From IMG/VR virus record IMGVR_UViG_3300025015_000014, positions 32,001 through 96,000 of that record: 64,000 nt of DNA. One strand, written 5' to 3'. Of the stretch, positions 19,903 through 30,237 are shown in pieces. Made by a program: the position numbers and the translations under genes. This DNA comes from a virus. Under the pieces are notes generated by a model. The model searched no databases. It saw nothing but the letters and a program-made list of their open reading frames with translations, and was not told the DNA's origin. Each line of letters starts with the position of its first letter. The stretch's first letter is position 1.

Positions 19903-20528
19903 TAACGAGTCCTCTCAAAACAGGCTGCCCCGTCCTTCCGGGAAATCCGATACACATGATCTGCTGCATCCACCAGGGCTTGGTTGTGGGTCACCAACAG
20001 GATATCCACCCCCAGTTGTTTACTGACCAGGGCAAGGAAAGCCCCGATGTTATGCACGTAGTTCCCGTCAAAAGCCGGGAGGGTTTCATCCATCAGCAAC
20101 ACTGGTCGGAGTCCCCGTTTCAACAGGATGAAGATCCGAAGCAGGACAGACTGAATCGTGGTTACAGCTCCACCGAAGGCATCGTTGCACCCGCCCTCAA
20201 TGGTGACACTCCCATGAACCTGATTCGTAACCAGGTCTACTGCAACCTTGCCTCGTTGCAACTCAACCTTGGCCAGCACAGACAGATTCTGATCCGGGAA
20301 TACGGCTTGGAGTCCCTCAGTGAGTAATCGCTGAACGGCTTGCACGCTCAGGTTTACTTCCCGGTCCACCAATGACTGAAGCAAGGTTTCGACCAAGGCA
20401 AGGAGTTCTCCCTCACCTTCTAGTTTCTGAATGTCAGCCCCTGCAACCCGTAACTGTTCCCGAACAGAGTCCCGCCGACCCAGTGCCCGATCCAGTTGAG
20501 ACCGCAGTCCTGTGGCAGTAGGGATCAC
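19902..20528 (-). CDS. SbcC/Rad50 ATPase, C-terminal half
   Basis: Coiled coil followed by signature-like AFGGA, Walker B LLMDE and H-loop LLVTHN...AD. Confidence 0.82.
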   Translation of the reverse strand: MIPTATGLRSQLDRALGRRDSVREQLRVAGADIQKLEGEGELLALVETLLQSLVDREVNLSVQAVQRLLTEGLQAVFPDQNLSVLAKVELQRGKVAVDLVTNQVHGSVTIEGGCNDAFGGAVTTIQSVLLRIFILLKRGLRPVLLMDETLPAFDGNYVHNIGAFLALVSKQLGVDILLVTHNQALVDAADHVYRISRKDGAACFERTR

Positions 20529-20537
20529 CTACCAACC

Positions 20538-21692
20538 TCACAGGTCACGCAACCAAACGATGATAACTAGATAGTCGTCCATCCCCCGCTTCTCATAGTA
20601 GCGGAGGTAGCCACCCTTGGCCCCCTGAGCCGACACCCTGACATTGACTCCGATCTGAACCGTGTCCCCCCGCATCACGTCCAGTGCCTTTTCCAGATGT
20701 GGGTACCCAACCGCAAAAGATGCCGGAAGGGGAGCCGCCTTAGGGGACACCGTTTCCTGACACGCGATCTTTCTCTCGGTCGGCTTGCCATCACTCTTGT
20801 TCTGCATAGAAAGCACAACCGGTCCTGTTGGATCCGGCCGTGAGAACACGAGTCGGATGTCTTCCTTAGAGGCTCCGGACCGCAGATAGGGAATGGCCCC
20901 CTTGAGTTCGGCCAGTGGCAGGTTCCAAACCCGTTCATCATCCCCCGGACGGGAGAAAAGTTTGAAGCTCTCCTCGAAACGGGTCATCCCGAACAATGCC
21001 CCATCTCCCCGTTGGAAAATGGCCTGACGAGGAGCCTCCAAGATCCGGATATCCCCTTCCCCTGCGGCTACCAGGAATGCCATGAGCGAAGGGGCATCCT
21101 TGATGTGTATCCGAACACCCACCTTGTCCAATCCGGTCATGTTCACGATGGAGGCTGCTGTGCGGTTCGTGGAAAGCATCGACCCATTGGACATCTCACA
21201 GACGCAGATTTTCCGATCCTGTGCGTCTTTGTCAGAGGCAAACTGTCTGGAGAAATCCACGGCATCCCGGAATCTACTTGCTGAGACAATCCCTGTCTCT
21301 TGAGCATCCTTCAAGGTCTTGTCCCAGTAGGGAAAGTTGTCGGGGTCGAGTGAGTCGAATCGCTGGATGCCGTGGGGGGAGGCACAAGCAATTCTGGATG
21401 AGTCCAGGGTGAAGACCAGTACGGCATCTGGTACCCCGTTCAGCCATAACTTGAGGACGCTACCCTCAATAGTGAAAGCCTCACCCTCAATCCCCTCTAC
21501 TTCAGCAATGAGAGGACAACCCGCGTAGATCCGTCCGGAGTTGGTCAGCACCTCTGCCCGTAGTGTCCCGGCAGCATCCGGCTGCAACCGGAAAAGGAAA
21601 TGGGAGGACAGATCACTCCCGGTGGTAGACATGGCATGAGCTACCACGCTCAATGACCTCTCCAGATCCTGTTTGGCGACACCGATCTTCAT
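20538..21692 (-). CDS. dnaN: DNA polymerase III beta sliding clamp
   Basis: About 385 aa, three-domain pattern; start MKIGVAKQDLERSL and LDPDNFP linker typical of DnaN. Confidence 0.7.
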   Translation of the reverse strand: MKIGVAKQDLERSLSVVAHAMSTTGSDLSSHFLFRLQPDAAGTLRAEVLTNSGRIYAGCPLIAEVEGIEGEAFTIEGSVLKLWLNGVPDAVLVFTLDSSRIACASPHGIQRFDSLDPDNFPYWDKTLKDAQETGIVSASRFRDAVDFSRQFASDKDAQDRKICVCEMSNGSMLSTNRTAASIVNMTGLDKVGVRIHIKDAPSLMAFLVAAGEGDIRILEAPRQAIFQRGDGALFGMTRFEESFKLFSRPGDDERVWNLPLAELKGAIPYLRSGASKEDIRLVFSRPDPTGPVVLSMQNKSDGKPTERKIACQETVSPKAAPLPASFAVGYPHLEKALDVMRGDTVQIGVNVRVSAQGAKGGYLRYYEKRGMDDYLVIIVWLRDL

Positions 21693-21694
21693 TC

Positions 21695-21964
21695 TCAACC
21701 CCTGTCTGTGGTGAAAGTGGCTACCTGTAGGGTAGCTGCCTGGATCCGTCCCTCAAGCCCTTGCACAGCCTCATCGAACCGTGCCTGGAGTTTCTGAATC
21801 GTAGCCTCCAACTCGGCGGGATCCACTTTGCGTTGGCGACACTCCGTTTCTACAGCCATCACCTCGGCCCGGGCCGCTTCCAGCTTACCCTTGCCTTGAG
21901 CAACACGGTCCCGCAAAAGATCTCGCTTCTGAAGGGCCTCTTGTAGTCGTTGGCGACGGTCCAT
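21695..21964 (-). CDS. Small coiled-coil protein
   Basis: Heptad-rich 89-aa ORF; GAATCGGGTAGA motif just upstream. Confidence 0.65.
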   Translation of the reverse strand: MDRRQRLQEALQKRDLLRDRVAQGKGKLEAARAEVMAVETECRQRKVDPAELEATIQKLQARFDEAVQGLEGRIQAATLQVATFTTDRG

Positions 21965-21983
21965 GATCCCTCTACCCGATTCG

Positions 21984-22958
21984 TCAGTCCAAGGAAATAG
22001 TTTCGATACCCACGGTCACGGGCATGTCATCCCGACGAGGCTTCCGCGTGTTGTGCGCCTTCTGCTCCACACGGGCCGGACACACAGAGTCGTAATCGCA
22101 AAAACGACAAGTCTTGGGGGTTGGGGTTGGGGTGAATCGTTCCTGGTCCATGTTCTTCAAGGTGTTCACAGCCCGTTCAGCCAAACCTTTCAGGTCAGCC
22201 ACAGTGAAAGGCACCCACACTACCCCTGTTTCGGTACCCCCGGTAAGTTGACCATCGACCCCTACCTCGGGATCCCCATAGGGGTAGCGGTAGTAACAGA
22301 ATCCTAGACGGTCTGGCAAGGCTCGTTCGTAGGCCAGATGAAAACAGAGGGCATACCACCGGAGTTGGTCGGGGTCAGTGTAGGTCATCAGCCCACCCTT
22401 CCCGTCCTTGTATCGCTTGCCATTCTTGCCGTCGATGATGGTCACTCCCTTGTTCGGATCCGCATCCCGCCGAATCAAAAGGTCTACCCGACCACCAATG
22501 GGGGTGTACTGATTGACATAGCCCAAAAGCTCAGCCTCAGCCTTGGCATACGGACCAAGAAGATGATGGGCCTTCATGGTTCGCAGGTACCCCCGAACCC
22601 CGTTGACAATGGTCTCTACCATCTCCGATTTGGGAGGGGCCAATCGCCAGTCAATATACTTCCGGGCCAGTTCGAGTTCCAACTTCTTATTGGCCTCGGC
22701 CAGAAGACGATCTATCAGGGGTTTGCCCCGAAGATGTCGCCATAGCTCATCGTTATAGAAACGCTCTATGGCCGCCTGGATTGCGATACCCATAATGGCA
22801 TGGTGTTCAGATTTCTGAAGGGGTTTGGGTTTCTTTTTCCCTGGGCCGCCACCCACGTCAATGGTACCCCAACCCCGCCCCCACAGGAACTTCTGCGGGC
22901 ATTCTTCAAAGGAAACCAGATTCGACCAATAGAGCGTGAAACGGCTTGGTGTGGACAT
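21984..22958 (-). CDS. PD-(D/E)XK nuclease (RecB/AddB/Cas4-like) with Cys cluster
   Basis: FEECPQKF, GRVDL...IIDGK, QLRWYA, CRFCDYDSVCP. Confidence 0.85.
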   Translation of the reverse strand: MSTPSRFTLYWSNLVSFEECPQKFLWGRGWGTIDVGGGPGKKKPKPLQKSEHHAIMGIAIQAAIERFYNDELWRHLRGKPLIDRLLAEANKKLELELARKYIDWRLAPPKSEMVETIVNGVRGYLRTMKAHHLLGPYAKAEAELLGYVNQYTPIGGRVDLLIRRDADPNKGVTIIDGKNGKRYKDGKGGLMTYTDPDQLRWYALCFHLAYERALPDRLGFCYYRYPYGDPEVGVDGQLTGGTETGVVWVPFTVADLKGLAERAVNTLKNMDQERFTPTPTPKTCRFCDYDSVCPARVEQKAHNTRKPRRDDMPVTVGIETISLD

Positions 22959-23013
22959 GGGGGAGCACCTCCAGAAGTGACCCCCTATCTTACCCGACAC
23001 AGAGACTTTTGAT

Positions 23014-23322
23014 CTACTTGGGCTGAAGAAGCAGGGCAACTTTTGCGGGTACTAGGGCCGGGGTCACCACCAACATACGGTCAAGCCACATGAGCGTGAC
23101 CTCGGCCCCCTTCTTCTGAATTTCCCACTTGCCATCCCAATCCCGGTCCACGGTGACAACTCGAAGGGTGGGGGTCTCTCCCCGTTTGTGTCCTCGCCAC
23201 TCTTCCCGGCTACAGAGCCGGGTAACCCGTCCGTACTTGAGCGTGGCAGATCGATCCCACAAGGAAGCATAGAGCACGATGTCCCCAGGCTTGATCGTCT
23301 GACCCGCGATGTCCTTGTACAT
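23014..23322 (-). CDS. Hypothetical SH3-like phage protein
   Basis: KDIAGQTIKPGDIVLY N-terminus, a common phage pattern. Confidence 0.6.
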   Translation of the reverse strand: MYKDIAGQTIKPGDIVLYASLWDRSATLKYGRVTRLCSREEWRGHKRGETPTLRVVTVDRDWDGKWEIQKKGAEVTLMWLDRMLVVTPALVPAKVALLLQPK

Positions 23323-23325
23323 GGG

Positions 23326-23736
23326 CTACTCCTTACGGTGTTGCCGCTTGGCCTTGTCACGAGCAGTCTTTCCGACTGCCCGCACAAACGAAGGTGCTCC
23401 CGCAATCTGACTCCGGGTCTGTTCACGACTTTGCTGCCGTTCAAGCCAGAGATCCCATGCCGACAACATCTCTGCCTCAATGTATTCCTGAGCCTTCACG
23501 ATCATTTGCCCAAGAAGGACAGCATAGTTGAAGGCAAGCTCCGGCTTGTTGAGTCCGGAAGCATGGGTCTTCAAATCAATGTAGGGGAGGATCCTGCCGT
23601 TGGGGTACCGCATCCCAACGAAAAGCGAGTAGCGAGCCGGAACGACCCGTGCCCTGCTCACCTCTACAATCAACCCGTTTTCCTCCAGAGTCAGCACTTT
23701 CTCCCAGGGAGACTTGGACACCTGATGTTCATCCAT
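23326..23736 (-). CDS. Hypothetical protein
   Basis: Packed ORF on the coding strand. Confidence 0.55.
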   Translation of the reverse strand: MDEHQVSKSPWEKVLTLEENGLIVEVSRARVVPARYSLFVGMRYPNGRILPYIDLKTHASGLNKPELAFNYAVLLGQMIVKAQEYIEAEMLSAWDLWLERQQSREQTRSQIAGAPSFVRAVGKTARDKAKRQHRKE

Positions 23737-24847
23737 CTAAACGCTCCATTCCTCTTGTGATTTCCTGACAGAGTGCATCCAGAGCCACCCGGTCAGGTGC
23801 CCTCGGGAGAGGACTCGACTTGGCCAGTTCCACTAGAGCAACATCTTCTGCCTTGGCCCAAGCAATCAGATCCTCATAGGGCGTGGACCCCTGAAGCAAC
23901 CCTCGCAATTCTTCAGCATCCGGACGACGGATGAGCACTTCTCCCCTGCTCAAGATCTCCCGACACATTCGCATGAGCCGGGTCAGATGCAGGGCGTGTT
24001 TCGCGTCATACCCGAACTTGGCTTCCATGGCTGCCCGAGCCGGATTCCGTTTAGCTTTCCACTCCTGGTACTGTGTCCAGTTCCGTTGAGCCGCATGATA
24101 GTGCCGCTCCCGGTCAAGCAGATCCAGGAAATTGTCCTCGTACCCCAGGAGCCGTCCTGCGGCCCTGTATTTCTCATCCGACCCCATCTTCCAATCCAGG
24201 AGTGTGGCTTCAAGCTGTTCCTGAAGGTAGATCTTCTCGGCATCATCCAGGGTACCGAAGTCGATTTCCCAGGAATCCACACGCTTCTGAACCGTTGCCT
24301 GGGCCGCCAAGAGTTGATCGGCTGGGATCACCGTCCGTTCAGGCAACCCGAACTCCCCTCGGGTCGGGGGTGCTGAAGGCGGGTTGAGGAGCCACCGCCG
24401 ATGGGTCTCAATCCGTTTGAGTTGGCTGATTGCATAGCCCCGGAACGTGTAGAGAGCCTTCCGGGATAGGAACAGTGTCCGAGCCTCAATGATCCTGGCT
24501 CCCTCAGGAGTGCAGATCAAACGATCCTCAGGCACGGTCCAGAGGATCTCAATCACGTTGGGATTACAGTCCGCGGCTAGCTTGAAGAACTTGTCGATCC
24601 CGAAAACCGTCCCATCAAGCCCATCCCTCTCGGCCATGCCCCGAAGCGGCTCCCGCAAGAAAGGAATGAACGGAGCCATCTGTGGTGCCTTCTCAGCCTG
24701 CTCGAACCGTTCCAGGAACCCCTCCCGATAACGTCGAGGGGCCACACAGACCCCTTTCACATCCACATCAGAGTCCGGTCGGTTGGTTCCGTAGGCATGG
24801 GAACCGGACACGGACAGGAGAATGGTTCTGGCTTGTAAGTCGAACAT
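23729..24847 (-). CDS. Predicted nucleotidyltransferase (Pol-beta superfamily, YcgL/RNA-repair-associated type)
   Basis: SGSHAYGTNRPDSDVDVKG, NPNVIEIL, GYDAKHALHLTRL. Confidence 0.88.
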   Translation of the reverse strand: MFDLQARTILLSVSGSHAYGTNRPDSDVDVKGVCVAPRRYREGFLERFEQAEKAPQMAPFIPFLREPLRGMAERDGLDGTVFGIDKFFKLAADCNPNVIEILWTVPEDRLICTPEGARIIEARTLFLSRKALYTFRGYAISQLKRIETHRRWLLNPPSAPPTRGEFGLPERTVIPADQLLAAQATVQKRVDSWEIDFGTLDDAEKIYLQEQLEATLLDWKMGSDEKYRAAGRLLGYEDNFLDLLDRERHYHAAQRNWTQYQEWKAKRNPARAAMEAKFGYDAKHALHLTRLMRMCREILSRGEVLIRRPDAEELRGLLQGSTPYEDLIAWAKAEDVALVELAKSSPLPRAPDRVALDALCQEITRGMERLDG

Positions 24848-25044
24848 GTCTGTACTACTCGATAGGGGTTCAATCTAAGCCGGAGGTTTGGGGAACCTAG
24901 GGGGTTCGGGTTTACGCAGCCCCCAAGCAAGGCTATGGGCAATACTGGTCAGACCCGTAACCGAAACAAGAAATCCTATGAAAGTCCCCCACGGATACTT
25001 ATCGGCCAGGGTGAGTATGAACTCGTAGAACGTCATGAGAAGCC

Positions 25045-25434
25045 TCAGTTCAATTGAGGATCTGTCTCCCGATCCTTCCGGTTGAAAACGCGATCCCACC
25101 CTTCCCGATAAGCGACTGTCGCAACCTGTGCTGGTCCGCTACGAGCCTCAAACTCCGCTTGAGAGATTGCGTGATCCGTGACCCCACTCTGGTTTTCGCC
25201 AACAGAGCCATGCTCCTCTACTACCCGTAATCCCTGACCCTCCTTAGTCAAAGACAACAGGAGTCCCCCATGGAGAGGCTGACCGTGTTCCACGGGGTAC
25301 AAGACCCCCGTCTGAATTTGGGCCGGTTCCGGTGCATCTGCCGGACCCCGCAACCGCACAATACCCTGACCCCCATCCGGTCGTGGGGGGGCGATTGGGA
25401 AGATGAGGTCACGGATAGGCTTCTCGTCACTCAT
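25045..25434 (-). CDS. Hypothetical protein
   Basis: MSDEKP start overlapping the stop of the upstream HNH gene. Confidence 0.5.
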   Translation of the reverse strand: MSDEKPIRDLIFPIAPPRPDGGQGIVRLRGPADAPEPAQIQTGVLYPVEHGQPLHGGLLLSLTKEGQGLRVVEEHGSVGENQSGVTDHAISQAEFEARSGPAQVATVAYREGWDRVFNRKDRETDPQLN

Positions 25435-25904
25435 GTTGTGAGCCACTTCAAGTCCAGCACCCAAGACATCTTAGATCGTCGTTGCCACACAGCAAAAGCT
25501 TCCTTCACATGATCTCTGGTCTGGGCCGAAGTCCAACGATTGACCCGGCACAAGTGAGTCATCATCCGGTGAACAGCATCCGGTCCACCGACCGTCATAG
25601 TGCGCCCAAAGTGTTTGACAGCATGACAATCCGGGCACAAAGCAATGGTTCGCACAAGCCGTTGGACCCCGGTCTGGTCGTTATAGTCCCAAACCTCGTG
25701 CGCCTCCACGGGCCATTCCGGTCCCTTGTCTCCACAAATCTCACAGACATATCCGGCCTGCCGATAGGTGCGTTTACGGATCTTGTCCCAAGCCTCTTTG
25801 GGTACCTGGGACCGAAGGTTGTCCCCCCATGATGTAGAGGGCACCAACTCGATTAGAAGCTGGACGTTGGTGACAGGGTCATCTAGGTCTACAATGTCAC
25901 TCAT
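25431..25904 (-). CDS. HNH endonuclease family protein
   Basis: WDKIRK..AGYVCEICG...EAHEVW...ALCPDCHAVKH. Confidence 0.82.
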   Translation of the reverse strand: MSDIVDLDDPVTNVQLLIELVPSTSWGDNLRSQVPKEAWDKIRKRTYRQAGYVCEICGDKGPEWPVEAHEVWDYNDQTGVQRLVRTIALCPDCHAVKHFGRTMTVGGPDAVHRMMTHLCRVNRWTSAQTRDHVKEAFAVWQRRSKMSWVLDLKWLTT

Positions 25905-26956
25905 CGGGAGTGAGCCCGTTCCAAATAGAGGACCGTTCGTTCCCGTACCTTTGCAGGTACGTCGAACATCCCCTGCACCACCTGGGGGAGTGGAATGTTC
26001 CCTGTCTTGATGAAACCTGTAGCCAGAGAGGACACGAAGGCTTCAATGGCTGTCGCCCTGGTTTCGGCCCGGTCGCGGCCTTCCAAGTCAAACACCTCCA
26101 GAGGAGGCCGAACCTGAAGGTTCACCCGACGGATATCCACCCGCTGTTTGTCGAACTTCAGCACACCGCAAGCCGGACTTCGGGTCAACTCCTCTTGGGC
26201 AATGGAACCCCTGGACAAAGCCCCGAGATTCACAAACCATTTCCGGCCAACCTGTCGGATGTCCTGGTCCTTATGCCAATGGGCCAGGAGCCATATATCG
26301 GGATCCAGATTGGCCAATTCAGAATAACTCAGGATGTCTTCGGACTCGAAGAGCTTGCCCCCCTCAGGACTTGCCGCACAATGCACTACCACGACCAACC
26401 AATCCTCATCCCCCTTGGTGATCGTTGAGAAACGGTTTCGGTCATAGGCCACTCCATGATAAGGCACCCCCACCACTCTGACCTTGAGTTTGTTGATGTG
26501 TCCCGAGGATCCATTGACCATCTGAGGGCCATCCATCCCCACGAAATCACCGGTCTCGAAAATGGCCTCATGAGACTCATACAGCCGGTTGAAGACCTGG
26601 GCCTCGAACAACACTCCGAGCGGGGCCTCTTTCAGAAACCGGATGTCCCCGTATTTCACGTCGTGGTTGCCCACCGTAGCGTACACCGGAGGACCATCCA
26701 AAGTAATCTGGGTCACAGCCTGGAGCATCGCATGACTGTTCTGGCCGGGGGATTTGCAGTGGAAGAAATCTCCACCGTCCAAGATGGCTATAGCCCCCTC
26801 CTGTTTGGCAATCTCATTCACCTGTTGAAGCTTCCCTAGAAGGGTTTGTTCCCAGTTATCCGTGCGTGATTGAGGCGGAGTATCCGCCATGTGAACATCA
26901 GTTCGCCAAACCAGGGTAATCAAGTGTTTCTCCGCAACCAATCTACAGTTCGCCAA
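25901..26956 (-). CDS. SbcD/Mre11-like metallophosphoesterase nuclease
   Basis: TDVH, GGDFFH, VGNHD, AHWH motifs. Confidence 0.9.
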   Translation of the reverse strand: MANCRLVAEKHLITLVWRTDVHMADTPPQSRTDNWEQTLLGKLQQVNEIAKQEGAIAILDGGDFFHCKSPGQNSHAMLQAVTQITLDGPPVYATVGNHDVKYGDIRFLKEAPLGVLFEAQVFNRLYESHEAIFETGDFVGMDGPQMVNGSSGHINKLKVRVVGVPYHGVAYDRNRFSTITKGDEDWLVVVVHCAASPEGGKLFESEDILSYSELANLDPDIWLLAHWHKDQDIRQVGRKWFVNLGALSRGSIAQEELTRSPACGVLKFDKQRVDIRRVNLQVRPPLEVFDLEGRDRAETRATAIEAFVSSLATGFIKTGNIPLPQVVQGMFDVPAKVRERTVLYLERAHSR

Positions 26957-27540
26957 ACCAGGGCTTCGTACTGCCCCCCATTGTACTTACTGATGTTGAT
27001 TTGCCCGTCAGATTTCTTGGTTGCAGCAAGAAAAGCTGCCGTCCAACCCAGAGCAAAATCAGGGTTCTTCAACTCGACACAGGTGGGGCGTCCAGGGTAG
27101 TCTGTCCGGACACCAGTGATTCCACAACTACGGGGCTTCCCTTTCCGATGATCCCCCTCCTTTGTTGGGATGAACCGAGACTCTTTCCAGGCTATGGTGA
27201 CCAACAGTAACGGGTCAAGCCCATGGGCTTCGGCATGTCTCAGGGCCATCTCGGCCAGGCTCTCAACTGTCAAGCCCCACTTCTGAAGCCTGTCCAGGTC
27301 ATCATGTTCTGTTCGGCCCAACACCCGCACAGCTTCCACCACCTGAGTTTGACGAGTCTGCCGAGCCAAATCCTCTAACCGGTCAGGGTCCGAATCTGCG
27401 GGTAGGGTGATGTGCATAGTCACACATGCAGGCAAGGAAGGGAGTTCAACCTTCCTAGATTCCCGTGCTGGAGCTTGATTCAGCAACCACCCGCTGAGAA
27501 GGAGACTGAGGCTCAACGGAACCAACCACAGTGGCTTCAT
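26920..27540 (-). CDS. Lytic transglycosylase (SLT-like) with an N-terminal signal/anchor
   Basis: LDPLLLVTIAWKESRF, SCGITGV, YNGG; hydrophobic N-terminus. Confidence 0.75.
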   Translation of the reverse strand: MKPLWLVPLSLSLLLSGWLLNQAPARESRKVELPSLPACVTMHITLPADSDPDRLEDLARQTRQTQVVEAVRVLGRTEHDDLDRLQKWGLTVESLAEMALRHAEAHGLDPLLLVTIAWKESRFIPTKEGDHRKGKPRSCGITGVRTDYPGRPTCVELKNPDFALGWTAAFLAATKKSDGQINISKYNGGQYEALVWRTVDWLRRNT

Positions 27541-27553
27541 GACCGCTCCCCAC

Positions 27554-29095
27554 TCATCCAAAAAGATCCTGGATCCCATCCCTCTGGTCCGCACCCTCGT
27601 CGTCTTTTGGAGCGGCCATGCCCACGAGGCGGGCCTTCGCTAAGGAGAGATACTTTTCCTGCACGTCCAACCCAATGTAGTTCCGACCGTTTTGCACCGC
27701 CACGACCCCTGTTGTCCCAGATCCGGAAAACGGATCTAGCACCGTACACGGAACAGGATCTCCCGCATCACACTCACAAGAAGGGGTCCACCGGGGAACT
27801 TGGCCCGGATGGTGGGAAACCGGACAATGCGCCCCGTGTCCAGATGGATGTCTTGGACTGCTACTGGGAGACCGGTCTACTACTCGAACCCAAGGTGCCC
27901 CACACTCAACGCAACAGCCTTTTGCTGATGTCCCGGCTAGTATCATGGGAAGAATCAAAGCTGGGGGGAAAGTCGCAAAATGAGCACCTGGATACGGACA
28001 GGTGTTGACGGCCCAAACCGTTCGCTTGTTCCGATGCCCATCCCCAGGGGGTCTGTTCCCACTGTAGGTGGGATTATATTCCCCTGTGGTCTCTGTGTGC
28101 TTCACGCCCCCAATAGGAGGCATGGCCTCCCACGCCCCCGTTACCGCGGGCTCCCGGATGGCAACCGTATCATAGTAGTATTGCCCTGCCTTGAAGCCAG
28201 ATCTCAATCCTTTGTGTGGGGGTTGCCCATGTGTACGGGTTGCTTTTCCCAACCCACGTACTGTACGAGGATGGTCGCCGCACACAGCCGGTTCTGTTAT
28301 CGCCTGAGCGTCATAGGAATACCGACCCGACTTGGCGAGAAGGAACACATACTCATGGGATTTGGTCGGTCGGTCTTCTACTGATTCAGGCATCGGGTTC
28401 TTCTTTTCCCAAATTATATCAGACCGAAGCACCCACCCGTCTTCCTGGAGAGCAAAAGCTACTCGCCAAGGAATACCTATTAGATCCTTGGGTTTGAGCC
28501 CCACTAAGGGAAATCTGATTGGCCTTTGGGCCTGGCCTTCTGTGTATTTCCCCTGAAGAGTGCTGCTGGACGTGAAGTTTCTAGGATCTTGCCCGTACTC
28601 TGTTGTGCTCCCCCCTCCAGCATAGGTATCACCCAGATTGAGCCACAATGTTCCATCATCTCTCAGAACCCTGGCCACCTCCCGGAAGATTTGGACCAGA
28701 TGTTCTACATACAGGTCCGGGGTGGGTTCCAACCCAAGCTCTCCTCGCCAAGCCCCGCACACCTGACAAAAGTTTCCCCCACCTCCTGCCCCAGCCCCTT
28801 GTCCAGAAACATCCAATGTCGGATGAAGGTTTCCTCCCGTACCCGACACCCCTCGATTCCCCCGACGACCATGGGGAAGATCTGCCCCCCAATCATGCTG
28901 ACATCCGGCAACGCCATCCCAAACAAGTGGTTGGGTTTGATATGCTCTCAAACCCCAATAGGGGGGTGATGTACAAACCATATGCACACTAGCATCAGGA
29001 AGACTTTTCAACCCCTCCAGCGCCCCCACGCCATACAGCAGATTTGCCTCAAAAACTCGATCCCCAAAAGGATATTCCACAACCTCAGAAATCAT
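27554..29095 (-). CDS. DNA N4-cytosine/N6-adenine methyltransferase (beta class)
   Basis: TSPPYW catalytic motif, HFATFP, VLDPFSGSGTTG SAM-binding motif. Confidence 0.92.
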   Translation of the reverse strand: MISEVVEYPFGDRVFEANLLYGVGALEGLKSLPDASVHMVCTSPPYWGLRAYQTQPLVWDGVAGCQHDWGADLPHGRRGNRGVSGTGGNLHPTLDVSGQGAGAGGGGNFCQVCGAWRGELGLEPTPDLYVEHLVQIFREVARVLRDDGTLWLNLGDTYAGGGSTTEYGQDPRNFTSSSTLQGKYTEGQAQRPIRFPLVGLKPKDLIGIPWRVAFALQEDGWVLRSDIIWEKKNPMPESVEDRPTKSHEYVFLLAKSGRYSYDAQAITEPAVCGDHPRTVRGLGKATRTHGQPPHKGLRSGFKAGQYYYDTVAIREPAVTGAWEAMPPIGGVKHTETTGEYNPTYSGNRPPGDGHRNKRTVWAVNTCPYPGAHFATFPPALILPMILAGTSAKGCCVECGAPWVRVVDRSPSSSPRHPSGHGAHCPVSHHPGQVPRWTPSCECDAGDPVPCTVLDPFSGSGTTGVVAVQNGRNYIGLDVQEKYLSLAKARLVGMAAPKDDEGADQRDGIQDLFG

Positions 29096-30186
29096 AGCAA
29101 AGCATCCTCGGCACAAGCCTTGTGCGTATCGGATCCACAAACAGGACAAAAACCCAATTCGGCCAGGTCTTTCGTCACCTGTTCTTCCGCCACTATCGTT
29201 TGCTTCTGGACCTCCTGGAGTTGGCTCTCCAAAGACTGTACCCCCTGTTGTGCCTTTGTCAGATGTTCCCGAAACCCATCCAGAATAGTCAGAGCCGCCA
29301 GGGCGCGTTCAGCGGCAGTCCCATCAGGATTCAGATCGGCCGCCTCGATACCAGACAACCGAGCCACCCGGTCAGTGGCCTGCATCTGTCGTTTCTGAAG
29401 ACCCGCCAGGGCCTCCAAATCGACGAGTATCTGTTCCGTTTCCAGGCTAGGTGGCACAACCACCTCCTCAGCACCACTCAAAGAAACTACACGCTGCTGG
29501 GCGACATCCCGCCTTATCTGGAGTTCTGACAAGCCCGCTATTGCCACCTCAAACCGTTGGGCAAGTATGATGACCCCCTCTATGGCTGCGGTTTCTTTCT
29601 CGACCTCATCCAACCCCTTGAGATCTTCGAGAGCCAACTGTGCCCGGTCTCTATCCTGAAGTCGAACCTTCAGTTCCCCATCGGCCTGTCGTTTATCCGA
29701 CTGGGCTAACCGTAAAGCCTCGTTGAGTTGCCCCACCCGGTCCACATCGGCAATGGCCTCTGCCATGACAGACCCCGGCAGGTCCAACATGAAAACCTGA
29801 CCCGTAAACTGAGGTGCAATCTGAGGCCAGATTTCCCGACCACCCGTGAGTTTCAAAGGACTGATCCGAAGAGCTTCCCGAACCTCGTCTGGTACCCCCT
29901 GACCAGGATGTAAAGGGGCACCCCCATTCACTGTGTAGGCAGGCTTGGTGGACCGACCTTTCTCCCAGGTAATCTTGGTATCGGGGAACTCGACAGTGAC
30001 CCGCATCTTGGAGGCCCCATCCCGAACGAATGCGGTTCCCTTGGTGTTCTGGGCAAGTCCGGTCAAGGCTCGATGCAGGGCGCTCTTCCCGCTGTTGTTC
30101 GGGCCATGAACAACAGTGAAACCTTCCACCTGAATCGTAGCAGACTTGATGGACTGGAAGTTCTCGACCTTGACCATGAAGGGCAT
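29092..30186 (-). CDS. SbcC/Rad50 ATPase, N-terminal half ending at the zinc hook
   Basis: VENFQSI, Walker A GPNNSGKS, coiled coil, terminal CPVC. Confidence 0.85.
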   Translation of the reverse strand: MPFMVKVENFQSIKSATIQVEGFTVVHGPNNSGKSALHRALTGLAQNTKGTAFVRDGASKMRVTVEFPDTKITWEKGRSTKPAYTVNGGAPLHPGQGVPDEVREALRISPLKLTGGREIWPQIAPQFTGQVFMLDLPGSVMAEAIADVDRVGQLNEALRLAQSDKRQADGELKVRLQDRDRAQLALEDLKGLDEVEKETAAIEGVIILAQRFEVAIAGLSELQIRRDVAQQRVVSLSGAEEVVVPPSLETEQILVDLEALAGLQKRQMQATDRVARLSGIEAADLNPDGTAAERALAALTILDGFREHLTKAQQGVQSLESQLQEVQKQTIVAEEQVTKDLAELGFCPVCGSDTHKACAEDALL

Positions 30187-30237
30187 GGGACTCTCCCTTT
30201 GGTTTACCCGGTAGAAACACTACCGGGAAGTCCCATC

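Noticed and set aside
21984-22958. Cas4 as evidence of a CRISPR system
   Set aside because: Stand-alone Cas4/RecB-like nucleases are common in phage replication blocks, and no array or other cas gene is present.
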